A program made the position numbers and the translations under genes. A stretch of DNA of 64,000 bases from Alphaproteobacteria bacterium. Its GTDB lineage: Bacteria; Pseudomonadota; Alphaproteobacteria; UBA9219. The notes under the pieces were generated by a model. That model was not told where the DNA came from and ran no database searches. It saw only the letters and a list, made by a program, of their open reading frames with translations. Location: positions 94,233-158,232 of the forward strand of contig WREW01000001.1 in the NCBI GenBank assembly GCA_009779135.1. The letters are read 5' to 3'. This document shows, piece by piece, positions 40,003 through 48,703 of this stretch; positions within the stretch are counted from its first letter, which is position 1, and each line of letters opens with the position of its first letter.

Positions 40003-40323
40003 ATGACTCAAGACCCTCCCCAAAATCAGCCGCCATCTCAAGACAAGTCCTTGATAAAAAAGGACAAAAGCGCCCCACAAGCGGTCGCCGGAAAGGCCTT
40101 GAGCGTCGTGCGGAATATACAAGCGACCATAACGGCTTACGAACAAAAGGCAGGGAAAGAGAAAATCCCGAACGCCTCGTTAATCTATGGCGTTGGCGCG
40201 GCGATACTTTTTGCCTTGAGCCTTTACCATTTCCTGATGGGCGGCTGGGCGGTCGGGCTGCTGGTCTTTTTGATTGCGAGCGCGCTGCTTGGCTTTTCGT
40301 TTTACTATATGCGGCTGATCTAG
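40003..40323 (+). CDS. small membrane protein
   Basis: 106 aa; two C-terminal TM segments; charged N-terminus. Confidence 0.35.
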   Translation: MTQDPPQNQPPSQDKSLIKKDKSAPQAVAGKALSVVRNIQATITAYEQKAGKEKIPNASLIYGVGAAILFALSLYHFLMGGWAVGLLVFLIASALLGFSFYYMRLI

Positions 40324-40434
40324 GAAAAAGGGCTGTTTTTTGTGAAAGCGTTAGCGCATGTAAACTGTTGTAACGAATCTTTGGGTGCTTTATAAGTTAT
40401 GGGGCTTCATGAAGGACAAGTAAGGAAGGACCTT

Positions 40435-40944
40435 ATGATAACGTCAAAACTCTCTTATGGCTTGGCTTTAGGCGTGCTTGGCTTAGGTTTGAGCGGCTGC
40501 GGCTCGTCGGACTATTTTACATCATCATCGCGCTCTGTTGCGGTGCAGCCTGATCTTGTCAGTTTAAGATTGGCGCAGTCGGCTGAGAAAGCGTCCAAAG
40601 CGCTTGATGTCATAGCGGGCATTGAACAGGTGCGCGCCCCGCAGCTTCCTGCGGTGGAAGATTACAGCATGGCGCCGCCGGCCCTGCAGCAATTTATCAC
40701 GGTGCGCTGGAACGGCCCGATTGAACAGATCGTTGAAGTTCTGGCAGGCCGCGCCGGTATGAGCTTTGCGACAAGCGGCCAGCCTGCGCCCGTTCCCATT
40801 CTTGTGACGGTGGATGTTTATCAAAAGCCTTTGATTGAGGTTCTCCAAGGCATAGGTCTGCAGGCCGGACGCCGTGCGGATCTTGCCGTGAATGCTCCCA
40901 ACAATGTGATCGAGATCCGTTATGCGCCGGTTGATAGAATCTAA
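40435..40944 (+). CDS. DotD/TraH-like outer-membrane lipoprotein (T4BSS core)
   Basis: GGAAGGA RBS; lipobox LGLSGCGSS; C-terminal N0-like block RWNGPIEQIVEVLAGRAGMSFATSGQ...PILVTVDV...LIEVLQGIGLQAG...IEIRYAP resembles DotD; followed by DotC- and DotB-like genes as in dotDCB. Confidence 0.65.
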   Translation: MITSKLSYGLALGVLGLGLSGCGSSDYFTSSSRSVAVQPDLVSLRLAQSAEKASKALDVIAGIEQVRAPQLPAVEDYSMAPPALQQFITVRWNGPIEQIVEVLAGRAGMSFATSGQPAPVPILVTVDVYQKPLIEVLQGIGLQAGRRADLAVNAPNNVIEIRYAPVDRI

Positions 40945-41785
40945 GAAACAAACCACGATGCTGCTTGCTTTCGGCGTGATGCTTTTGGCGCTGAACACAG
41001 GGATGGCCTACGCGCAGCAAACTGTCGCTTTGGAAGCCTCCCCGCCGCCTCCGGCCCTGCAGGAGCTGCAGGAACAATCCGTGGGCGACAAGCCGGACAA
41101 AAGCTCGACCGTGGGCCTGCAGATTCGCGGCGATGCCTTGCGCGAAGCTGCTTTGTCTTATGGCGCGCGCGGCGGCCTTGCCTCCAGAACGTTTGAGATC
41201 CAGCGCCGCCTTGTTGAGCATCAAACAAGTCTTGGCAAAACATTTGATTTCAACAAACTCCTGATCTCTGCCCCCTCGGGGCTTTTGATTGAGCCGCCTA
41301 TTGTCTCCGAAGCGCAGCGCGCTGTTTTGGTCGGCTCAAGCGGTCAGGAAGCGGCTGTTGCGGATCGCATTTTCCGCATCAATCAGGCGGCGCGCATTGT
41401 GACCGCGCCGAGGGATTGGCGTCTTTATCTTGAACGCGACTGGGGCCGTGTGGATCCTCCCCCCTCTCTGCTTCTTCCCAAAGACAAGGATGAGCGGGAG
41501 CTGTGGCGTCAACTGGTGCAAGAAGGATGGGATGCCGGCATTGAGCAGGCACAGGAAATCTTTGAAGCCGATCTTGATCGTTTAACAAATGACTTTGTAG
41601 GGATGGTGCGTTATCGCGAGCTGCTTGCGCAAGGCATGATATCACCGCCTTATGCGATGCACGAGGACCGCGGCGTTACGGGCGGCGGGAAAGAGATGCG
41701 TGTAGGTGATCGCGGTGTTGCGATTACCGGACCTTCCGTTCTTATTCCTCGGAGCCAGATGTGGACGACGACGCCCCAACAGTAA
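40922..41785 (+). CDS. DotC/TraI-like T4BSS core protein
   Basis: Signal peptide; ALREAALSYGARGGLASR matches the conserved DotC/TraI block; 287 aa; position between the DotD- and DotB-like genes. Confidence 0.7.
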   Translation: MRRLIESKKQTTMLLAFGVMLLALNTGMAYAQQTVALEASPPPPALQELQEQSVGDKPDKSSTVGLQIRGDALREAALSYGARGGLASRTFEIQRRLVEHQTSLGKTFDFNKLLISAPSGLLIEPPIVSEAQRAVLVGSSGQEAAVADRIFRINQAARIVTAPRDWRLYLERDWGRVDPPPSLLLPKDKDERELWRQLVQEGWDAGIEQAQEIFEADLDRLTNDFVGMVRYRELLAQGMISPPYAMHEDRGVTGGGKEMRVGDRGVAITGPSVLIPRSQMWTTTPQQ

Positions 41786-43134
41786 AGCCACCGAAAGATT
41801 CATCCAAAGACAAGGTTTCGGTGGATAAGGAACATGCGTTCCTCGCCGGTTGGGAGGATGAGCCCCTACGCATCCAACCCGAACATGTGGATGATCTTCT
41901 TTTGTGGTGCATCAAAGCGCGCTCCACGGACATCAGCTTTCAAACAGACAGGCCTGTGACGATCGAGGTGGACGGCGTCCTCTATCCCGTCACGCGGCGC
42001 TCTTTGGATTCGGCGGATCTGACGAATATTTTGATGAAAATCTACGGCCCCGATGCGCTGGCCAAACTGGCCTCGGGAACGGATCTTGATTTATCCTACG
42101 AAGTCAGGCCGGAGCGGCTGACGCGCTTTCGTTTCCGCACGAACATCACGGCGATTTTAAGTCGCGGGCGTGATTCGGTGCAGATCACCATGCGTGTTTT
42201 ACCTTCTTTGCCGCCCACCATGCTGGAGCTGGGCATTGAAGATGAAATTATCCGCAACTGGTCGCCGCGTCAGGGATTGGTTTTGGTGACAGGCCCAACA
42301 GGAAGCGGCAAAACAACGCTTTTGGCCTCGGGCTGCCGCATGTTGATCGAACGCAAGCAAGGCTGCGGCAAGCTTTTGACCTATGAAGCGCCGATTGAAT
42401 ATGTCTATGACACGATCACGGGCGAACATTCGCTTGTCGCGCAGTCGGAGATTCCGCGTCACATAGGATCCTTTGCCGCCGGTGTGCGCAACGCGCTGCG
42501 GCGCAAGCCCAACATTATTCTGGTGGGTGAAGCGCGCGACCGTCTTACGATGTCGGCCGCGATCGAAGCAGGACAAACAGGCCATCTTGTTTATTCAACC
42601 GTTCATACGGTCGGCGTGGCGGCCACGGTACGGCGTATTGTCAGCGTTTTTGAACCATCAGAGCGCACGGAGCGCGCCTATGCCCTGATGGAAACGCTGC
42701 ACATGATTGTAACGCAAGCCTTGGTGCCGCGCAAAGGCGGCGGACGCATAGGCTTGCGTGAATATCTGGTGATTGACGACAACATCCGCGAGCAGCTTTT
42801 AGACATGCCCGTTGACCGCTGGACAGCGGAAGTCCAGCGTTTTCTTGTACGCTATGGGCGCACCATGGAGCAAACGGCCAACAAGGCTTTTGAAGACGGA
42901 AAGATTGACCGCCAGACCTATCTTTTCCTGACCAAGGGCCTTTCGGGCGAAGAAAGCCTGCTTGAGGAAGAAGCAGAGGAAAAAAGCCCGAAAAAAGGCA
43001 AAAGCGCTGCCAAAACCAAAGAACCACCCCCCAGCGAACCCTTGACCTACAAGGACGTCCTGCGCGCTGTCGATGAACTTGATCTTCAGGAAACCCCAGA
43101 TCATCCCGACGACGACGACACCACAATGATCTAA
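41761..43134 (+). CDS. DotB/TraJ-like secretion ATPase (PilT/VirB11 family) with extended acidic/Lys-rich C-terminal tail
   Basis: Walker A GPTGSGKTT; Asp box; ILVGEARD; His box YSTVHT; 457 aa, ~80 aa longer than Legionella DotB; tail EEEAEEKSPKKGKSAAKTKEPP...DDDDTTMI. Confidence 0.85.
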   Translation: MDDDAPTVKPPKDSSKDKVSVDKEHAFLAGWEDEPLRIQPEHVDDLLLWCIKARSTDISFQTDRPVTIEVDGVLYPVTRRSLDSADLTNILMKIYGPDALAKLASGTDLDLSYEVRPERLTRFRFRTNITAILSRGRDSVQITMRVLPSLPPTMLELGIEDEIIRNWSPRQGLVLVTGPTGSGKTTLLASGCRMLIERKQGCGKLLTYEAPIEYVYDTITGEHSLVAQSEIPRHIGSFAAGVRNALRRKPNIILVGEARDRLTMSAAIEAGQTGHLVYSTVHTVGVAATVRRIVSVFEPSERTERAYALMETLHMIVTQALVPRKGGGRIGLREYLVIDDNIREQLLDMPVDRWTAEVQRFLVRYGRTMEQTANKAFEDGKIDRQTYLFLTKGLSGEESLLEEEAEEKSPKKGKSAAKTKEPPPSEPLTYKDVLRAVDELDLQETPDHPDDDDTTMI

Positions 43135-43145
43135 TCCCCCCTTTT

Positions 43146-43251
43146 TGTCATCCTCGGGCAACCGCGAAGCGGTTGAGCCGGGGATCTGACGCCAGAGCAG
43201 CCTTCACCGTCAGATCCCCGTGCTCTTGCTACGCAAGCCACGAGGATGACA
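43146..43251. repeat. ~100 bp palindromic MITE/REP-like element, copy 2 (TGTCATCCTCGGG ... CGAGGATGACA)
   Basis: Same termini and internal CCGGGGATCTGACG/CGTCAGATCCCCG and CAACCGC-GAA-GCGGTTG / CTTGC-TAC-GCAAG hairpin modules as the copy at 23770, in a different order; flanked by CCCTTTTT/AAAAAGGG; lies just downstream of the dotB-like stop. Confidence 0.6.
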
Positions 43252-43341
43252 AAAAAGGGCCAGATCCTTTTTTATTGATGAAAAAAAAAGATTTGAGGTG
43301 TAAAAAGAGTCAAGAGCCTCAAAAGAGAGAAAGACAAAACC

Positions 43342-43614
43342 ATGGATGCACATTGGCGCAACACGCAGCGGGTGGTTCGCTTCACCTTTTTGGATGCGCG
43401 TTCCTTTATAGGCATTGTGTTTTTCCTTGTGCATTTGCGTCTTTGGGTTCTGGGGATGGCGGTCGTCATCCTTATTATTTTCTGGATTTTTGAGCGTTTT
43501 GGCCTTTCTTTTCAGTCCGCCCTGCGCGCGATGCGCTGCTGGTTCTGGGGCCGCAATCGTCCGGCCAACAGCCTAAGGGCGCGGCGCCGCACCATTGACA
43601 CGGGCTCCATATAA
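43342..43614 (+). CDS. IcmT/TraK-like small inner-membrane protein
   Basis: 90 aa; HWRNTQRVVRFTFLDARSF then one hydrophobic helix, matching my recollection of the IcmT/TraK N-terminal HWRD...FFLDAR pattern; position after the dotB-like gene, as in R64 traJ-traK. Confidence 0.5.
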   Translation: MDAHWRNTQRVVRFTFLDARSFIGIVFFLVHLRLWVLGMAVVILIIFWIFERFGLSFQSALRAMRCWFWGRNRPANSLRARRRTIDTGSI

Positions 43615-43937
43615 AAACGGCATCATTTTATATGCCGCTTGGTAAGGGAAAATTAAGCTTTACCAAAAACAAAAGCCCGTAAAGCCGTGTTTAAACGGGC
43701 ATCAATTTTGATTCATGTTCGAAACGAGCCTTTGTCTTTGAAGCGCAAAAAGCGTCCGCCGGTTTTCGCGCGCAAAGGAAAAAAAGAAAGCGCAGAATCA
43801 TCATTCCCCAAGATCTGTTGTGGAAACGCCACAGTCATAAGGCTATTCCAAAGGGCGATTCCGACGCGGTTGCTCCTCTGTTATTTATCGCCTACCATTC
43901 TCGAGTGATTCGCCTTAGCTCGACGAAGGGCCTAAAT

Positions 43938-45026
43938 ATGCACAGAAAAAACAAAACTCACGTTATCTTGTCCGTTCGCTGCCTTGTGCTGACGATAGGT
44001 TTTTTGACCGCAGCAGCTCCGGCCTATGCGGGCTTTCAGTGGATTGCGCCCACGCCGCCTGCTGCGCCAGCGCCGCCGGTCTGGACGCCGCCGCAGGATC
44101 AGAATCCCTACGCCCAGACGCCGATCCAGCCTTATCCTGATGTTGTGACCTATGACCCGTATGACGGTTATCCGCAGGCTCTGCCGCCGGTGACTCAGCC
44201 TGAAACGGTCATGCCTTCCGGCGCTGCAACGGACATCGTGCAGGGTTTTGGGGATAATGTGCCGCTTTCGATCGCGCTGCGTCAGGTTTTGCCGCAGGAT
44301 GTCGGTTTTTCGGTGGCGCAGGATGTCAGTTTGGGAACACCGGTTTCTTGGCGCGGCGGCGCGCCTTGGCGTCAGATTATGGGCGACATGCTCACCCCTG
44401 CGGGTCTGAGCTTCCGCGAACAAGGCCCGATTGTTCAAGTGATAAGGGCAGGGGAGCTTCCTGCGGTAACGCAGCCTTTGTTGCCGCCCCCACTGCCCGC
44501 CCCCATGGCGCGGACGCCGGAAATGGCGCCTAGCTTTGCACCGCCTGCAAACGCGCCCATGGCGATTGTTCCCTCTGCGGAAAATTACGCGCGGCCACTT
44601 CCGCCGCCGCCTGCCGCCGCGCCATCTATGGCAACAGGCTATTTTCCTGCCGCGCCGGCGGGGATGAAGCCCGCGCCCATGGCTGCGCCGATGCCGATGC
44701 CCGCTATAGGCGGCCCTGCGGTGCCTACCAATTTTGTCCAGACAGGAACCATTGACAGCTGGAGCGCCAAAAGGGGCGATACGCTGCAAAATGTTCTTAA
44801 AAACTGGGCCAAACGCGCGGGGGTAGAAATGAACTGGAAGGCGGAATATGATTTTCCGCTTGAAGTCGGCGTATCTTTCACCGCGTCTTTCGAGGAAGCT
44901 GTGCGCAATCTTCTGATAGGCTTTCAGGATGCGAAACCCCAGCCTGTAGCGCATATGTATAACAATCCGGTTGTCGGCCAAACCGTGCTCGTTGTTGAAG
45001 TGCGCGGCAACGATTATAACAAGTAA
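43938..45026 (+). CDS. PilL-like thin-pilus protein (Pro/Ala-rich, C-terminal TcpQ-like domain)
   Basis: ATG 43938 with GAAGGG RBS; signal peptide; long proline-rich middle; C-terminal TGTIDSWSAKRGDTLQNVLKNWAKRAG...VEVRG resembles the TcpQ/PilL C-terminal domain. Confidence 0.5.
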   Translation: MHRKNKTHVILSVRCLVLTIGFLTAAAPAYAGFQWIAPTPPAAPAPPVWTPPQDQNPYAQTPIQPYPDVVTYDPYDGYPQALPPVTQPETVMPSGAATDIVQGFGDNVPLSIALRQVLPQDVGFSVAQDVSLGTPVSWRGGAPWRQIMGDMLTPAGLSFREQGPIVQVIRAGELPAVTQPLLPPPLPAPMARTPEMAPSFAPPANAPMAIVPSAENYARPLPPPPAAAPSMATGYFPAAPAGMKPAPMAAPMPMPAIGGPAVPTNFVQTGTIDSWSAKRGDTLQNVLKNWAKRAGVEMNWKAEYDFPLEVGVSFTASFEEAVRNLLIGFQDAKPQPVAHMYNNPVVGQTVLVVEVRGNDYNK

Positions 45027-45037
45027 CGAGGAACCAC

Positions 45038-46591
45038 ATGATCGCTCGCCGCCTTGCCATTCTTTTATGTGTTGTGGCCCTTGTGGCCTGTGAAAATAAC
45101 GAAAAGAATCGCACCCTCTTGGATCGTTATGCCGACCAAGCAACACGTCTGGGGCAAGAGGCTTTGGCGCCGGCCCCCAAGAAAAGCTATGATCCGCTGA
45201 CAGTTTCGGACAAGCTCTGGTCGGGAAGCAAGGCGGTGCGCCTGAATCGCGGCATTCCTCTGCCCGGAAAGTTTGAACATCCGCGCGGCGTCACGCTGAT
45301 CTCGAGTGAGCCGATTTCCCTGCGTGAAATTGCCTCATCACTTGGCGGACAGACGGGTATTCCCGTCCGTCTTTTGGACGGCGCGAATGAAGATATTGTC
45401 GCCGCCTCGCGTATGCCGATTGCCTATGAAGGCCCCTTATCCGGCCTTTTGGATCTTGTCGCGGGCAATTATGGCGTAAACTGGCGCAATGACGGCCACT
45501 CCATCAAGATTTCACGGTATGAAACGCGCATTTTTGTGATTGAATCCCTGCCCGGCAAGCAAACCATTAGGGACGGTATTGCGGGAACGGCAACAGACCT
45601 GAATGCCACTTCCGGCAGCGGTGGTGGTGGCGGCACCGGCGATTTAACGCTGCAACAATCTGCGGAAATGAGCAGTGAGTACAAGATCTGGGATGAGGTT
45701 CAGCAGGCCTTGACCGCCATTTTGGGCGGGGTCGGCACTTTGGTGGTTTCGCCTTCTTCAGGCACGGCCACCGTGACCACAACACCTGAAATCATGGCCG
45801 CAGTTTCGCGGTTTATTGAAGAAGAAAATCGCCGCCTTACACGCCAGATTGCCATTAATATTGAATCTTTCTCGGTGGATCTGGCTGAAAATTCGGATTT
45901 CTCCTTGTCCTTTGAAGCGGTGCTTAAAAAGCTTACGAATTTAGGCGTCAGCGTCAGTGGCGTCACAGGCGCCACCGCCACAACGGGCATGGGCAATATC
46001 TCGATCGCCGTTCTGAATCCCGAAACGGTGGGGCAAGTCACAAGCATATTTTCGGCCCTTTCATCCGTGGGGGATGCGGCGCGTGTGGCCCAGTTTCCCT
46101 TAACAACGCTGAACAGCCGCACGGTTTCAAGGCGCGTGGGGCGTGAACTCAGATATGTGGCAGAGATTAACTCAACGCTGGATGGTCAGGGTTTTTCATC
46201 AAATGGGGTAAAAGTGGACACCGTTCGTGAAGGTTTTTCGATTCAATTAACGCCGCGCCTTTTAGAAGATGGGCGGATTATGATGCAATATTCGCTCCAA
46301 TTTACGGAACTTCTCAACATGGAAGTCTTTGATACTGGTGGTGGCGGACGTGTCCAGCTTCCTGAAACAGCAAACCGCATTTTTGTGCAGCAAGCCATGT
46401 TGCAGAGCGGATCAACCCTGATTATCGGCGGCTATGATGATGAGAAGGTTTCGCAAAAATCGCAGGGCATGTTCGGCGCTTATAACTATATATTCGGCGG
46501 CGGTGCGATCAACGCGAAAGTGCGAACCATGATGTTTATTGCAATCACGCCACAAGTTCTTGAGGTTCTACCCAGACCGGAGCATGGATAA
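45038..46591 (+). CDS. PilN-like secretin lipoprotein
   Basis: Lipobox LVACENN; N-terminal secretin-N-like region; C-terminal secretin block LIIGGYDDEKVSQKSQGMFGAYNYIFGG...MMFIAITPQVLE. Confidence 0.7.
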   Translation: MIARRLAILLCVVALVACENNEKNRTLLDRYADQATRLGQEALAPAPKKSYDPLTVSDKLWSGSKAVRLNRGIPLPGKFEHPRGVTLISSEPISLREIASSLGGQTGIPVRLLDGANEDIVAASRMPIAYEGPLSGLLDLVAGNYGVNWRNDGHSIKISRYETRIFVIESLPGKQTIRDGIAGTATDLNATSGSGGGGGTGDLTLQQSAEMSSEYKIWDEVQQALTAILGGVGTLVVSPSSGTATVTTTPEIMAAVSRFIEEENRRLTRQIAINIESFSVDLAENSDFSLSFEAVLKKLTNLGVSVSGVTGATATTGMGNISIAVLNPETVGQVTSIFSALSSVGDAARVAQFPLTTLNSRTVSRRVGRELRYVAEINSTLDGQGFSSNGVKVDTVREGFSIQLTPRLLEDGRIMMQYSLQFTELLNMEVFDTGGGGRVQLPETANRIFVQQAMLQSGSTLIIGGYDDEKVSQKSQGMFGAYNYIFGGGAINAKVRTMMFIAITPQVLEVLPRPEHG

Positions 46592-47871
46592 TGGCAACGG
46601 GTGTTGTTACCGTTGGCCGGCGTCAGTACGCAAGCGGCCTTTATTGGGAAAACAGCCCGAGCGGACGCATTTCCCAAGCGGCCAAAGAAGCCGCCCGCCA
46701 ACCTTCGGTAAGGGCCGCCTATTACGCCGCCCGCGCGGGCAACAAGCAAGGGCGCGTTCCCCAGTTCGGTCTGGCGCCGGAAACCCCGGGCTTGAAATCG
46801 GATATGCCCTCTTTGGCGGGATGTCTTGCCAACCAGCAGCCCGGCTCATGGATCGGCGCTTTCCGTCTAAGGGAAGGCGTTTCGCTTGTCATCGTCCGCG
46901 ATGACCTGATTGTCCCTGACGGCGATTTATTCTTCAATGACGAGACAGAAGCCCGCGACCATCTTTATCAGGAAATGGGTGTCGGCGGCTTCCAGCGCAC
47001 TTATGCGCCGGACTCTTGGGGGGTACCCGGGGCCGACACCATGCCGCTGGCGCTCCTTCTCAACGATAAAACAGACATCCGCCTGCGCTCGGTGGAGCTT
47101 TCCAAAGCCGCCAAAATAGGGTTTTTAATCGGGACGGTCGTGGTTTTGCTGATCGTTGCAGGCAGCTGGTGGTATCAGGCCGACAAAGCCAAGCAAGCAG
47201 AGCTGCGCCGCCAGCAAATGGAAGCGCTTGAGCGCATGCGGCGCGCCAAAAGCCCGCTGGATCCCTTTGGCGGCGGCCCGCCCGAATATCCCAAACCCGT
47301 CCGCAAATGGGAAAATGAGCCTCGGCCACTGGAAATAATCGAAGCCTGCCGCAAAGCGCTTGAAAAAGTCTCAACCAGAATCGCAGGATGGCGCACGGAC
47401 AGCCATAAATGCACCCCGGGCACCTTGACCGTCCGCTGGGCGCGCAGCACAGGCAATGCCGCCCCGCCGCCGGACTCTTTGGTCAATGACTCGGCCAATT
47501 CGGCCACCCGCAGCGTCTCTTTAGGCCTGTCCAAGCGGGGGCCAGAGGATCTTGTGGACCCAGATGTCATCACGCAGCGCTATCTTAACCAGAATTGGGG
47601 GGCAAACCACTCAAAGGGCCGGCTTAAACGCCTGCCGGACGACCCCCTGCCCAAGCCGCCGCCGAACTATAAAGGGGAATGGAATCCACCCCCCCCGCCC
47701 TGGGTTAAGCGTTCTTTTACGATTGAGGTGCAAACATTACCCGGGCAGTCAACATATTATCTTGAAGGCATACCGGGTTTAACCATCAGTTCAATATCCT
47801 ATCGTGGAGCGGGGCTGGCTGTAAATGGAACCTGGGCTATTGAAGGAGTGATTTATGAAAATCGCCGCTAA
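46591..47871 (+). CDS. PilO-like thin-pilus assembly protein
   Basis: 426 aa (R64 PilO ~430 aa); single TM at ~190; immediately follows the secretin gene with a start/stop overlap; assignment by position and size. Confidence 0.45.
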   Translation: MATGVVTVGRRQYASGLYWENSPSGRISQAAKEAARQPSVRAAYYAARAGNKQGRVPQFGLAPETPGLKSDMPSLAGCLANQQPGSWIGAFRLREGVSLVIVRDDLIVPDGDLFFNDETEARDHLYQEMGVGGFQRTYAPDSWGVPGADTMPLALLLNDKTDIRLRSVELSKAAKIGFLIGTVVVLLIVAGSWWYQADKAKQAELRRQQMEALERMRRAKSPLDPFGGGPPEYPKPVRKWENEPRPLEIIEACRKALEKVSTRIAGWRTDSHKCTPGTLTVRWARSTGNAAPPPDSLVNDSANSATRSVSLGLSKRGPEDLVDPDVITQRYLNQNWGANHSKGRLKRLPDDPLPKPPPNYKGEWNPPPPPWVKRSFTIEVQTLPGQSTYYLEGIPGLTISSISYRGAGLAVNGTWAIEGVIYENRR

Positions 47872-48652
47872 ACTTTCGCTAACGGTTCTGGCTGTTTGTG
47901 TGGGCTTTGGGCTTGTTCAGCTTGCTCAGGCACAAAACACAGCCGCGCCTGAAGCTGCACCTGTCGCCGCAAGCACGGCCAATGAAGATTCCGCAGCTGT
48001 GCGGGATGCGCTAAACGCCATTGATATGCCGTCAGCGCCAGCGCCGCTGCCGCCACCGCCGCCCAAGGTTGAAAAACCCGTAAGCCCCGCGCCGTCAAGC
48101 AAAGGAATTGACCTTAGCGATGCAACGGAAGAGTCAAGCGTTGTTCCGGCCTCTGTCAAAAAAATCGTTGATCGCCTTGATAACACGACCAAGGAAATCA
48201 TGCTGGAAGATTTGAACGCCGCGCGTGAAGCCATCGTAAAACTGGACGTCTTGATCGACATTGAAAAAAGACTGACCAACCTTATGGACATCCGGCGTGA
48301 TCGGGACGAAGCGGCGGCCGCAGCGGCGCCCCCGCCCGGACGCGGCATGCCCCCACCCCCGCCGCCGATTTTTGATATGCCGATGCCCGTCATGCCCATG
48401 CCGCCCATACCGCAGGATATGAGTTTCGGCCGCGATCCTGAAATCGTCCGCATCGTTGGTGCCGGTGGAAACTACATGGCGCAGATGAGGGATGAGGGCG
48501 GTGCCGTCAAACAACTCCGTGTCGGCGACAAGCTGCCCAATGGTTCCACGGTTTCTTCCATATCGCGCAATGGTGTGACATTGACGATGAGCGACAAAAA
48601 GACCAAGACCGTTCAAGTGCAGGATGTTGGAACTATTTTCAGCAACCGCTAA
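47855..48652 (+). CDS. PilP-like thin-pilus assembly protein (Pro-rich)
   Basis: Signal peptide; Pro-rich linkers; C-terminal beta-rich region typical of pilotin/PilP-like proteins; positional. Confidence 0.4.
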   Translation: MKIAAKLSLTVLAVCVGFGLVQLAQAQNTAAPEAAPVAASTANEDSAAVRDALNAIDMPSAPAPLPPPPPKVEKPVSPAPSSKGIDLSDATEESSVVPASVKKIVDRLDNTTKEIMLEDLNAAREAIVKLDVLIDIEKRLTNLMDIRRDRDEAAAAAAPPPGRGMPPPPPPIFDMPMPVMPMPPIPQDMSFGRDPEIVRIVGAGGNYMAQMRDEGGAVKQLRVGDKLPNGSTVSSISRNGVTLTMSDKKTKTVQVQDVGTIFSNR

Positions 48653-48703
48653 GGAAGAACATGGCCAGGGGAAGCTGAAGTCGGTTTGCAATGTTAAGAA
48701 TGG

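Noticed and set aside
43932-45146. 404-aa minus-strand ORF antisense to the PilL-like gene
   Set aside because: Arg-rich translation (RRRRKWPR..., RHRRSHGRG) is typical of the reverse complement of Pro/Ala-rich GC-rich coding sequence. The sense-strand gene has a signal peptide, an RBS and a TcpQ-like C-terminus.
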